Origin: an uncultured virus (IMG/VR IMGVR_UViG_3300026559_000007)
Taxonomy: Duplodnaviria; Heunggongvirae; Uroviricota; Caudoviricetes
Virus record (IMG/VR): IMGVR_UViG_3300026559_000007
Reading direction: 5' to 3' (one strand)
DNA length: 64,000 nucleotides
The notes beneath the pieces are model-generated. The model saw nothing but the letters and a program-made list of their open reading frames with translations, was not told the DNA's origin and searched no databases. A program made the translations under genes and the position numbers. Below are positions 11,375 to 38,628 of the stretch, piece by piece (position 1 is the stretch's first letter; each line of letters opens with the position of its first letter).

Positions 11375-14300
11375 AACCATTATCTCGTCTCGTAATTATT
11401 AGAACTGAGCTACTTAGAGCATAATCACAGGTATGCTCGCTTGCGAAAATGCTGCATAATATATTATGTCAGCACTTTCTAAAGCACGCGTGTGCCGCCA
11501 TAAATCGGATTAGGATTTCACCGATAAATAGAAGAAAAAAGAAGCATCTGGCTCGTTACATGCAAATGATTGTTCCCGCTATATTCGTTTCGCCGATCGG
11601 ACGATGTAATCGTGACACTGTCAAAAAGTCACAGATTGTTAAGATATACCTAGTCGAAATAAGGATAATCATGCGTGTTCATTACGTGCGCATAAAATAC
11701 CTTTAAACTTATTACGATCGATTTATTACGATTTTCTTTGTGCCGTTTTCTCATTACGTTCTCTTCACAGGTTTCTTCTTCTCCTCCCCCTCTCCCGGAG
11801 AGGTTTCATTAAAAGAAATGCCGCTATCACTAGATGCTATGCGGGAGAAAACTAAATGATTGCAATCGCGGTCCGCGATTCGATCGCAATCGTGTGCATA
11901 CAAGCGAATTGATCTTAAAGATTTTGAGAACAACGATTCTGGGAGATCTCGGTATCAGCATCGACGTCCCCGAATTGTCTGACAGCCGACTACAACAAAA
12001 GGATGTCTTTTATTGATTAATTCACGCATGCGCATCCCCAGTGCACACATGTCAGATCGCGGATTTATTTTTGAGTTCTCAGTATCATTTCCAATGTTCG
12101 TCACGGGACAGCGTTCTTCTCAAGTTCTTCCAATTAGAAAATTAAATTTGGTATAAAGTGACTCTTTGTTATTTAGTGAAATACCAGAAAAGGACACGTT
12201 AATTGAACATTGTTCTTACGATATGCTTTTGTTGAAATTGACAAGACTAAATTGAAGAACTATGACCAAGAAACACGATGATCAATATAGTAAATAATAC
12301 GTATATCGAAAGTAATATTTTTTAATAATATACCGTCCCGACGTGAAGACATGAAGGAAAGATATCTGTCTCACACAATCCAATGAGCCAGTGATCTAGA
12401 CTTGCATACGTCAACAGCAAGCTACATCCTTAAAGATGCTCCTCAGACTAGCTCAGGAATGGCCGCTCATCCTCGGGGATGAGACAACCGCGCCTATATA
12501 TGGAACGAATGTCTCGCGAGTAGTGAATGTCTTCGGTCCGTTCAACAAATGTGACGCTTAATAAATATTAGATGATAATACGTGACCTTTCTCATGTGAT
12601 CCTTATTCTGAATTGTGCTGCTTTTACGAACACATGACCTCTCGCCATGCAATAATAATATCAAGTGAGACGGATTATCGGCCAGCAGGAGCGTCAATGC
12701 ACGCGATCGACATCCTATTGAAGATCCGTTGAATCGAGGATGGAACGGATGATTAGTCATACGCAATATCGAAGATCAACGATTTCAAAATAATTTCGAA
12801 GCGCTCTCAAATATTCACGGAGATCCATCGAGATCTCGAATTAGGTGATTACTTTCTAGCACAATGTCAAGAATCGGCATAACGAAAAAACTGCGTATTG
12901 AGATATTACAAGTTGATGATTTGAGATGATAGAGTTACAACTTCTTTCTCACGAGGATGCAATTGCACCAAGTAAAATAACCGCCTTAGATAATTTCGCG
13001 AGTACCTGAAAAGTCGATATGCCTCCATTCTCATCATCGTGGCGACGATGTGGTGTATTACGCATGATCGAGAAATTGCTAAAATGCGAAGACTTCGTCG
13101 ATTGCTTGCGATCCAACGTGGCGAAAGAGAAATTTTCGAAATCTTGAATAATTCTCATCGTTACTGTATTGGCCAGCGAATCGCGGCAAAAGCAGTGGCA
13201 TGTCGAAGTACAGCCATGCATACATCCGCGCTTTGCCTTTAATAATAAATAAAAAACGTAGGCGCCCGTGCCGGAAAAAGAACAGAAACCGAGAACGCGC
13301 GGAGGGAGAATGATTCTCGATTCGGCCGATGCTAAAGAAAAACGCGTACATGCCTATTTACCGAAGACCGATCGCTTCGGATCCTGATTGATATGATCGA
13401 ACCGCAATCAAACTATGGAACCGTGGAAAAAATAAAGATTGCTTGCCTCTTGGAGAATGCACAACTAAACGGATAATCTTCATCATCCGATAATGCGAAG
13501 TGTCTTTGTCTTTCTGCTGTGGGAAAAAATCAATTGCTCAACGAAAGTATTCTTAAATGCCGAGAACTGTATTCGTGAGTTTCTAGCTTCCTTCGCTGTC
13601 GATCCTTTTCACAGTTAACTCCTAATTTATCTTTATTTGCAAGATGATTGTACACTAAAATAGCCTCTAGCATTTAGCAGTCCAGCGATCAAAGAGAATC
13701 GTTAAATTCTTTTTAGACTCCGGGCTCGATAACATACCAAGTTGATGCAATAAGAGTACACGAAGCATACTCAGGTATTCGGAAATGACATCGTCGTCGA
13801 TGCAGAAGAGCTTGCTGCGGCTAACGGTACTAATAATTGTCAGCCTGGTACTGATGATTATCAGTCTAAAAGTCTTTCTGTTCGGTAAGAAGCTCATGGT
13901 GGAGACGCGCAGGCAGGACGACCTATTCCTCGATATGATCGCCAATATCAGCGGAAACTTGAACCGACTCGATGCCGGTCTCGACGAAATCGCCGCGCAG
14001 ACGGGGATCGCACGGAATCGTCTGCAGCAGCTGATCGCTCTCCATCGCGAGAATCTCTTCGTATGCGCGGTTTTTGCCGAGAAACAAAGACAGCAACAGA
14101 TATCCGGTGGGAAGCGGATAAGAAAAAGAAAATGACGGCGACAGTTCGTCACGATGATGATTGCGACAATCGGTTCAAGAAGCGCGAGAGCACATGTGAG
14201 GAGAGAACATGGGGAGTATTAGATCGATGCGTATCATTATAACTTAATTTCCTAAATTTTTTATTTGCTCTATCGATTGCGTTTTATATATTTATCCCGC

Positions 14301-14583
14301 ATTGGCGTACAGCCTTCAGTGAGTCGCAAAAATCTAAAATTTGAGAATCTTTGAATCTTAGGATTTTTCCTGTAAAATCTTTTACAGAGAATATCACGGA
14401 TATGTACATTCATGCTTACGTTATAATTCTTCAATGTCTCAAGTTTAGCTATTAATTCCTAATCGAATCATTAGCAAGGCGATTATTCTTGCATCAGTCT
14501 AACGGACAGATATGATAAATTACTTTCGCACTTACGATTAGTGAGACAATCATTCATATTTCTGTTACAAGAATGCATATAGC

Positions 14584-14636
<53 letters not shown>

Positions 14637-16264
14637 TCCTAGTTAGTAGATTCTATCTATTTTCAGCAATTACAGAAGATAAGATTAACTATGCTGTGAG
14701 AAATTAAATGTTGAAAGGAGGGACCAATTAATTATTTTGGGATCAGCGAGACGCAAGCGGTTGTTCTCGATCCGGAATATCAAAGTATAAGACGCGTTTG
14801 TGTGCCTGATCAAGTACGATTGTCACACATAATTATCATATAATTATTATTATTATATACAAAAGGTGTACAGGAAAGCGACATTTGAATTCCGTGAGAT
14901 CGTCGCCGAGCGATTATGGAGCTCTGATCGAAGTTCAAGTGAATGCTATGTACAGATTTCTGTTAGAGAATATTATCGCGATATTTTTATAATTAATGTA
15001 TTATGACGAAGTATCGGCGATATCTGCTAAATGAATATACAACAACTGTGTATCAACTATTTGTGCTATAATTTGTCTGAATCCCTCACAAAAACAGTGC
15101 AAAACTATCTCAGATCTGCAGAAAAATCGTCTTTTCATCAAAACTTCTTTTTCGTAACTTTCCAAAGAGACATTTGATGATTCTCCTATGAAGATCAATT
15201 TCTCTTGAATGAAACACCAAGTCGAAGATATATTTTTAGGGATCTTTTCGGTGATTCCTCAAACAGACTATCTTGAAGATATTTGTTCGACTCTAGGACA
15301 CTTTGCATATTTTGCCATACATTTAAAAGATCGATACATAATAGCGATTTAGTGCGCGATAATGTGTGTAGTCTATATTTGCGTTTGTTGCGTGTTACTG
15401 AATGGATTAACGTCATAATTTAACGTACAATCACACTTGAATTATTTTACATTTTGGAGAACATTGTTGTTTTTGTCCTCATGCACATGTATGCGGCTCT
15501 CTTTTGCGGAAATCTTGTATGCGTAATTATTTTTATAACTCTTTAGAAAAAAAAATACAAATAAATCGTTTGTGTGTATCTTTTATCTCAGTACCTCTTT
15601 CATATTTATCCTTCACGATTCGAGCGACAGGCGATCAATTATTTATGCCACGAGTACGCGGCATCGGGAACTCGCGCCATCATGAAATTAGTATTATTTG
15701 AGATGCGAAATCAGCTTTTGTTCCTTCGATTTGGATTAAATGCACACAATAGAGTTTATTAAATATACATTTCGATATCTGAATATATTAGAAGTTCATA
15801 AATAAATAAAGATACATTCGATATTTTTATCACTATTAACTGCCATATGGCGCGTTATCTATCCTGGCTAATAACGAAAGTGCTTGTTATCAACATAGCG
15901 TCACATTTTAGACTAATACATTGTGTTTTCGTAACAGCAATACCTATTACGTAATAATAAACAACTTGTTTTCAACTTGTATCTGCTTTAGAACATATCT
16001 CTTACGCTTTAGTTCTTTCCGTTATCTTCTCCCGGTCGATCAAAGTTTGCATATTGATTATACTGACCTTGCTTTATAAATCAGAGAGATAAGACTGCAC
16101 GGTGCAATTTCGCACTTTTTTACCAGTTAAGGTTTGCAGCGTCGTTTAAGTATACGCTGCGAAAAACTGTTCCCTTTCTCTTCCTCGAACGTTACGTATT
16201 TTAATCGAATATCTTCAGTCGATCCTCGGTCGATCAACGAGTTCTACAGTGTTACTTCCGCAAT

Positions 16265-18763
16265 ATGTCTCAAAAGAAAGGTACGTGTTTTACAACAGTA
16301 TATCCTAATTAGATGTATCCGTTTCTTCATGATTAATAAAAATCATAGAAGCAATGCAGAAAACGAAGAAAACAATCTAATTCAACGTTGTGTAATTAAC
16401 CAACAGTTCATTAGGCCTGACTAATCGCAGCGATCATACAATTAGAGTCATAATTAATCATGCTCCAATAATTTGAAGTGATTTTCAACAGAGTGTTCCG
16501 GCTGTGGTCCCGGTTACAGCAGCCCGAAAGCAGCGATGATCGGACCACGCGAGAAGCTTTTGTATGTTGCCGGTATACACACGAATCCCATTAAGGCCGA
16601 CGCCCTTTGTACAGTGGACGTAGATCCTGACAGCCCGACATATTGCCAGGTATTATCTAACGAATGATGAAACTTTGACATTTCGAAGCTTTCAAGATTC
16701 AAGAAAATCCTTGAAATTCATACTGAAACATATTGAACGAATTGTGTTATCTTTCAGATAATACACAAGCTGAGAATGGCGATCGGAGACGAGTTACATC
16801 ACTCGGGCTGGAATATCTGCAGCAGCTGCCACGGCTCGTCACGCAAGAGACGAGATATTCTGGTACTGCCTTGCCTTATGTCGGATCGAATATATTTCGT
16901 TGATACGCGCGATGATAAAGCGCCAAAGATTAAAAAGGTAAGGTATGCCATATCAAGGTTCACTGGAGAGCTTTACGTTTATGATATCTGTACATTGCAT
17001 AGATATAAATAAATAGATATAAATAGATATAAATAAATATAAATAAATAAATAAGATTACAAAGTCAGCTAGACACTGAGCAAATGCAGTGAAAGATGAT
17101 TGCTTAGTTAAGCTATATGTAACAAATGCATGGAATAAATGCAATTATGTATAGATTATATAAGATATATCTTATATAACTTAATGAACATTTCGTAATG
17201 CGTATTGCATGAAATTGTTTAGCTATCTAATATGTAATTTCACTGTGTGAGGTCTTAGAATCAGAGGAAATGCATAAGTATGGAATATCTTCGCCACATA
17301 CTTCGCATTGCTTACCAACTGGTGAGATTATGATCTCCACTATGGGGAATCTCAATGGCGATGGATTGGGCGAATTTTTTTGCATCGATGCTGAGACCTT
17401 GAAGGCGAAAGGCACATGGACAAAGAGTGATAACAAAGCCGCTTTTGGATATGATTTTTGGTACCAACCATATCATGATGTGCTTATTAGTAGCGAATGG
17501 AGTGCACCTAGAATTTTCAAAAAAGGATATTTTCCGGAAGACATTAATGATCCGAGTAGGTAATCGCACGTAATCTAAATATGATCAAGAGTCTTTAAGA
17601 GTCAATTTGTTTCCATCCCTATCATTAAATCGTTAGTCATTAATCGCATACGATTACGTGATCATTCCCAGAGATCTATGGCAGAAGCTTGAATGTTTAC
17701 TCATGGAACGAGCGCAAGTTGAAACAAACTATTAATCTCGGAGATGATGGAATCGCGCCTCTTGAAATCAGATTTCTCCACGACCCCCTGGCGGCAGAAG
17801 GATTCGTAGGCTGCGCAGTAGCATCGAATATTTATCGATTTTATAAAGCAGAGAATAACTCATGGAAGGCCGAAAAAGTGCTCCAGGTATCGCCGAAGAA
17901 AGTTGAGGGGTGGATCATGCCTCAGATGCCGGGTATCATCGATTTTTTTCCCCCTCAAAATTCTGCAAGATACTGAAATGAATCAGATGAGAAAGTTTGA
18001 ATCTTCTTTCCAGGTATGATCACTGACATCTTGTTGAGTCTCGATGATAAATACTTGTACTTTTCCAATTGGTTACACGGTGACGTCAGACAATACGACA
18101 TTTCGGACACGAAGAATCCAAGATTAACTGGTCAGGTCTTCCTGGGCGGATCGATATTGAGCGATTCGCAGGTGCGCGTGACACACGACGAAGAACTGGA
18201 TAGTCAACCAGATCCTGTCTATGTGAAGGGACGTAGATTATACGGCGCACCGCAAATGTTGCAGCTAAGTTTGGATGGACGTCGCTTGTACGTGACCACA
18301 TCGATATTCAAACCATGGGACAAGCAGTTTTATCCCGATCTCCTTAAGTGAGAGCACAGTTTTCTTTCTTCTATTTTAACTTTTGTCCTTCCGATATGAT
18401 CTTCGTATCTTGTTACTATCTAAAAATGTCCTGTTCGTTTAGATATGGATCGACGATGGTAAAACTTGATATCGATATCGAGAAGGGTGGCATGAAACTT
18501 GATGACCAATTCCTGGTTGATTTTGGCGCCGATAAGGATGATATTTTGTTGGCTCATGAAATGAGGTAAGAAATATTTTTTTAATTGAGATATTAGTTGA
18601 TTATGTTAAAAAAAACTATCATTTATTTTTCTTTCATTTTATAATGAAACGTAAAGAAGAAAGATAAATTATTATACAATTGTTATGTTAATCTCTGCGC
18701 AGATATCCTGGTGGAGATTGCACTTCCGACATATGGTTACCAGAAAAACACCAACTTGAGTGA
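16265..18763 (+). CDS. SELENBP1: Selenium-binding protein 1 / methanethiol oxidase (SBP56 family), 8 exons, ~478 aa
   Basis: Exons 16265-16280, 16492-16649, 16758-16937, 17252-17555, 17672-17932, 18014-18347, 18443-18565 and 18703-18763 splice in frame (1437 nt). Motifs: [103 protein letters not shown]. Confidence 0.95.
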
Positions 18764-20566
18764 TTAAATTGGAAGATCATACCAAATTTTGCACGATTAT
18801 TTTTACAACAATCTGTCTATTTTCCATTTAAGAAATTATTCATGATTGTTTTTTTGTTAAAATAAAGAGAATGAACGGCGATAAAGAAGAGAAAATATTC
18901 AAATCTTCATTCGTCTCCAGTGGTTTGTTTATTAGTTCCAGCATCAAATAATACAATAGAAGTTTTATATTGAAATTACATGATGTTAAGAGTAAATGTA
19001 ATCAATTCTTTCTTTTTTCCGTGTTTACACAAATAAAATCTGTCTACGTCAAACTCGTAGTCGTTCATTGTGTAAAGTATATCGAAAAATGTTTATTTCT
19101 CAGAAGTAATTTATGGAAGTAAAAACTGTATGATCGTGAAACGAGATTTAATGATTAATAATTTTTAAAATACCAATGCGTTCGCCAATTTGTGATTTTT
19201 ATTTTCATAAAAAGTTATCGATCATATATAATATTCAATTACATAAAATTGAATTTCTCATATCGATATATAATTTTGATTATAACAAAACGATAAAATT
19301 TATAAAAGAAATTTGCTCTATTTGAAAGAAACAAGGTTTCTGTCATTATTCTTACAATAAGAATAAGAAAGTCTTTTCTTTTGCGACAGTATTATTTAAA
19401 TATTAAGAAAAATCTCTGAAATATACGATGCCAAAGAATAGGAAGAAAGTGTAGAATGTCAATATTTTTCAGAATATCTCATTCAAATTCAAATTGAATC
19501 GACATAACAAATTTCAAAACTATATATATCTGCAAAAATTTTTTTCTTATTAATTAATGATAATCGCGATTATTTCCTGAAATATTAAATTTTCTAAATA
19601 CATACATTTGTGCGCATATGCGTATATTGTATGTATATCTGCCTATGTTTGTGCATTATGTATGTGTAGACATAATTGTATGTGTAAACATACAATTTAC
19701 TTGTATGCATATGTTTGGATAGATTCTGATATTTAATTGCATATAACTCAATAATAATAGCGTATTCCCGTTATGTCGCAGATTTATGTGATCCTGTTTT
19801 TCAGTACGTTAAAGAATAATGTTGCGAGAACTGTACCTGCATGATATCCCTGATTGAATTAATGTATCTGTGTTTATGTATAGTGTAATATATACGTATC
19901 TACATACGTATATATCTAAAATTATAACGTTACGTCGGCATATAACCGATATTAAAGGTGACTTCGATTAAAACGTCATGTATTTACCTGATACGACAGC
20001 ATCGTGCAGCTGCGCTAGTTATCGTCTTTGATAATACGATCGTTATTACGACAGATATTCATCATTGTCATCAGACTCTTCTCGTCAATATCTTTTCATC
20101 GAATTTCTCGCGACTATACCGTTAGCATAAGAACGCAACCAATTCTATGCTTCTCTCAAAAATTCGTGGTTTCCAAAAAGACATTTTATATCCCGCACAT
20201 TTATCCGCATTTACATACCATACATACATTCTCGTTTCCTTTAGAGAAAAAAGAAAGACACTCGTTTACCCTTAACTATAAACAGAAGGCATGCCAACCT
20301 CGTTTCTGAGACAATTATAGAATCAGTACTTAGCATAGTTGTCGCGCCAAGAGATCAATTCATGATTGACCTGAAAACCAACTCGTTTTCCTATTGACTT
20401 GTTTCCCGGATGACATTTTTGTCAGATGCTTCGCCACTTGTATTTAAGCGAAGCAGTTTGCTTCCTACGACGACATAGAGCGACGTAGATGTAACGGTAC
20501 GAGCTTGGGTACCGAGTGAGACGAATGCCGAACCATCGGGGCGCACAGACGCCAGTCGTCGTCCGT

Positions 20567-35412
<14,846 letters not shown>

Positions 35413-35413
<1 letters not shown>

Positions 35414-35439
35414 TACATTACTCTGCAGGTGGTCTGCAT
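35413..35439 (-). promoter_or_regulatory. uORF (MQTTCRVM*) whose stop overlaps the predicted SMG1 ATG (TAATG)
   Basis: Minus strand reads ATG CAG ACC ACC TGC AGA GTA ATG TAA, and the last A is the A of ATG AAT AGC. It lies within the exon that begins at 35462. Confidence 0.55.
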
Positions 35440-37595
35440 GACCCACACTTTATGGATATAACCTGTGACTATTCAAAAAATATTTGTTGATTAAATAAGA
35501 AAAGAAATAAATGAAAATAATAACTTAAAAGAATATATGTGTATTTTTAAATCAACTAAATATAAATTTCTCAATTACAATATAGTTTCAATGAAAAATA
35601 TTCTGCATGTTACAATAAAAAAATGATCACTTTCAACATATATTTTGTTATATGTGTATAAATATCATTTATGTATAAGAGAGTCAATAATATGTAAATA
35701 AAAATATATGATAAATGATATAGCAACATTAAAACTTTAACCGTATATAGATATACACAAAGTATGTTATAGATTTAATATTAAATTAGCAAATAATTTG
35801 GATGCAAGTTTTCCATTTGTTAACACATTTGAATAAGAAAACCAAGCAAGTACTTTTCAAAAACTAAATATATCTGCAAAATATCGTAGCAAACGAGATA
35901 CATTGTTGCGTGTTTAATTCCAATTTGTTTTATTTAATAATTGTTTGAAATTATGTATATCTATTAATTATATAGTTAATAGTTTTATCATTAAATCTAA
36001 TATCGTTGATCATGCAAAAACACCATCGATAATCCGTGGATCATCGATAATCCAAATTACAGTGAATTTAAAAAAATATTACAAAAATATCACGTTCTCA
36101 CGCACGCCGTTGACGAATCTCTCGCACAAACGGCATCTGTTGCTGATAATATTACCCTTTTTTCTTCTATCTTCAGAAACTCTCATTAAGCTTTCATTTT
36201 GAAATAAAACATTTCTTACCAATTTTGAGCAAATCTCGCGTGAATATGCAGCCGATTGCACAGAATCTCAAGAAGGCCGATAAATCCGTCGGTTGTTAGA
36301 TCGCCGCAAAAATGATAAAAACTCGAAAACGCTCACTTTCAGAGGTTATGAGAGGACACTGGCTCGAAGTTCACTAGTTTGGATTTCTGTTTCTTTATGT
36401 GATCAGACTATATACAGCAATTTCCTATCTTTTATGTCATATCTTTGATGTCAATGCTGCCAAAATGGAGCGAACATACAAATAAAAAAGTTCCTATTAT
36501 TACTAACATATGAATAGAGTGCGGATGCACGAAATAAGGAAATTCCAATTATTATCAATATATAACAGAAATTTCTCGTGTCTTTATCTGTTTTATACTC
36601 GTTTTTCATCATTCCGAAATTGTAAATCCGAAAGTTGATTTATTAAGCGCTAATCGCATGTAAAGTGTTACGTGATGATTCGTTGTCAAATTATTATTTA
36701 AAAAAAAAAACTGATAATTTGGAATTAAGTTATTTTAATTTTCGCTAAGATAAAAGTTTATTATTAAGAAACATTATTGAGTTGTTTTATCTAATAATAA
36801 TCGTAAATATAAAGATACAAATACATTATTCTAATCTTATTTCTAAATTTTCTGCATGAATAAATATATAAATACATGAATGCATAAAGGCATATATAAA
36901 GGCATGTATTGTTGGCAAGAAATCCTAAAATTAATGGCAGAGAAACAATTTCTTGATGATTTCATTTTCTCAAATTATTGACTATATTTTAAGTAAACAC
37001 ACCAGAATTGATAAAATATGAACCAAAAAAAGAAAAAATATGTTTATTTTTATATATTTTATATATATTAAAGAATAATAAAAAGTTTAATTCAAAGAGA
37101 CATGCTTTTTCTTTTACATTACATATTATTTGTCATATTACAGGTTTTTCCAGAGTATATTAGGTATTATATGTTTCATGAATGAGCAGTTACTTTTGAA
37201 ATTATCTTTGAATAACTTATGATATAATATATTATATTGATATATGATAATTAATGATTGTGATCATAATCATTAATTAATAATCTCATAAATATTATTT
37301 GATTTTAGGGTATAATCTCATAATTCTATTATATTATAGGTAGCCAGAATAAACATTATCTTATTCATGTTAATAGATCTCTGATTATATTTAGACATCT
37401 GTTCTATTCTTATATTCTAATGCATGAGCACGTTCCGAGGATTAATATCTTTTTAGATGCATAAATTTACTTCTGGATGTATACACAATTACAGAGATAT
37501 TTTTTTCATTTTAGCATAGCGTTTAATCATATGCTAAAAGATAAAGTAATGACTACAGTTTAGGTTTCAACCATTCTGAATTGCATTATAATATC

Positions 37596-38628
37596 TTAAT
37601 GATGTGATGGTCGTCCTGGATCATTCTCCGGTTGTACCTCAGGTACGTGTGGCCATATTGTGGGTTTGTCAGGATTAAAGACGTCTGGATATTCTTTTTG
37701 GAAATCTTCTATTGTCATTTCAGAAAATGGTAACATAGCCTTCATCTTTTCAATTTCCTTGGTGATATTAGCAATACGTTCATTTGAGTCTTTGATAAAT
37801 TGCTCAATTTGGACAAGCTGTAATTCATATGGATTTAATAAATCGATAAATAATAGATTGGAATAAAGTTCTGTTTTTCTTCAGGTATACATATTGATGT
37901 ACAGATTAAATAAGTATATAGAATATTTTCTAACAATTACCACTTCTTTTTCTTGAGTTTCAATTTGCGAAGTATAATTATCTACTGGATAGGGCACTTT
38001 GAAAGACTCATATTCTTTCTGAAATTTATCAACTAATCCAGAAACTGAGATATTTTTCTTATAATAAGCCCAATCTATTTTTGGAGGTGATTCTGGATGC
38101 GCATTCATTCTGTAATACAAAAATATTACTAATTATATACAAAGAAATATTACTAACATGAACGTTCCATAACAAATAATATTTTAATAATATTAAAATT
38201 ATAAGATAATTTTATAAATATTGAGAAAAAGGTAATTAAGGATGAAAACAATTGATAAATACAAAAGGGCAGAAATCATTATAAGTTGAGGTTATTCCAA
38301 TGCAGGGATGTCTAGTATTAGTTATTTTTTAAAAAATCAGTGAATTAGAAAAAATCCATCCAAAACACAATATCCTGTGTTTTACATTCTGTATTTGCAT
38401 CTTTCAAGTAATCAGATAAATTTAATTCATAATTCTCATTGAAAAACATCTTGTACGCATTATATAATGGCGTATAGATATCTGAGATTTTGGAGAAGTA
38501 ATATCTACTGACCGTCGTAAGTATTCATCAGACTTCGCTTTGAAAGCGGCGTACGCGGTTCTTTCCGTCTCTGGAATTCTTTCGACAAGTGCCGTCCAAT
38601 TAATTGATTTGATCGCCCTCCGCGACAT
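37596..38628 (-). CDS. ATP5PD: ATP synthase subunit d, mitochondrial, 3 exons, ~168 aa
   Basis: Exons 38628-38513, 38109-37941 and 37817-37596 (507 nt). Translation includes MSRRAIKSINWTALVERIP, PESPPKIDWAYYKKNI...VPYP and LPFSEMTIEDF...KPTIWPH. Confidence 0.95.

Larger units (their letters stand above)
6093..14135 (+). pseudogene. Degenerate polycystin-2-like (PKD2/TRPP) channel gene relic
   Basis: Colinear exon remnants, most with AG/GT boundaries: S1 6093- (IKSSIY...ITKMFL); TOP domain 6530- (VLDANKLISNMR...C), 6802- (SFGP...NSVA*IIES), ~7610 (LHTELTHYS), ~7790 (RYTADY...TLRL); S2 7907-8023 (VCE...GLSVFVSD*); S3 8748-8839; loop 8953-9001; S4 9082-9167 (W..YFSHISGIILLGTLIKIFYY); S5 9275-9368 (..VLAFEQ); 9745-9771 (WGYYLL); pore and S6 9831-10020; C-tail ~12994-13160; EF-hand loop 13775-; coiled coil 13887-14060. 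Aligned from memory to human PKD2/PKD2L1. Confidence 0.7.

Noticed and set aside
15001..15416. Two abutting minus-strand ORFs (73 and 65 aa)
   Set aside because: No recognisable homology or splice structure.
18703..18900. TGA stop of SELENBP1 as possible selenocysteine or readthrough
   Set aside because: The SBP56 family is not Sec-encoding, the TGA follows the conserved C-terminus, TTA AAT context is unremarkable, and no SECIS is evident.
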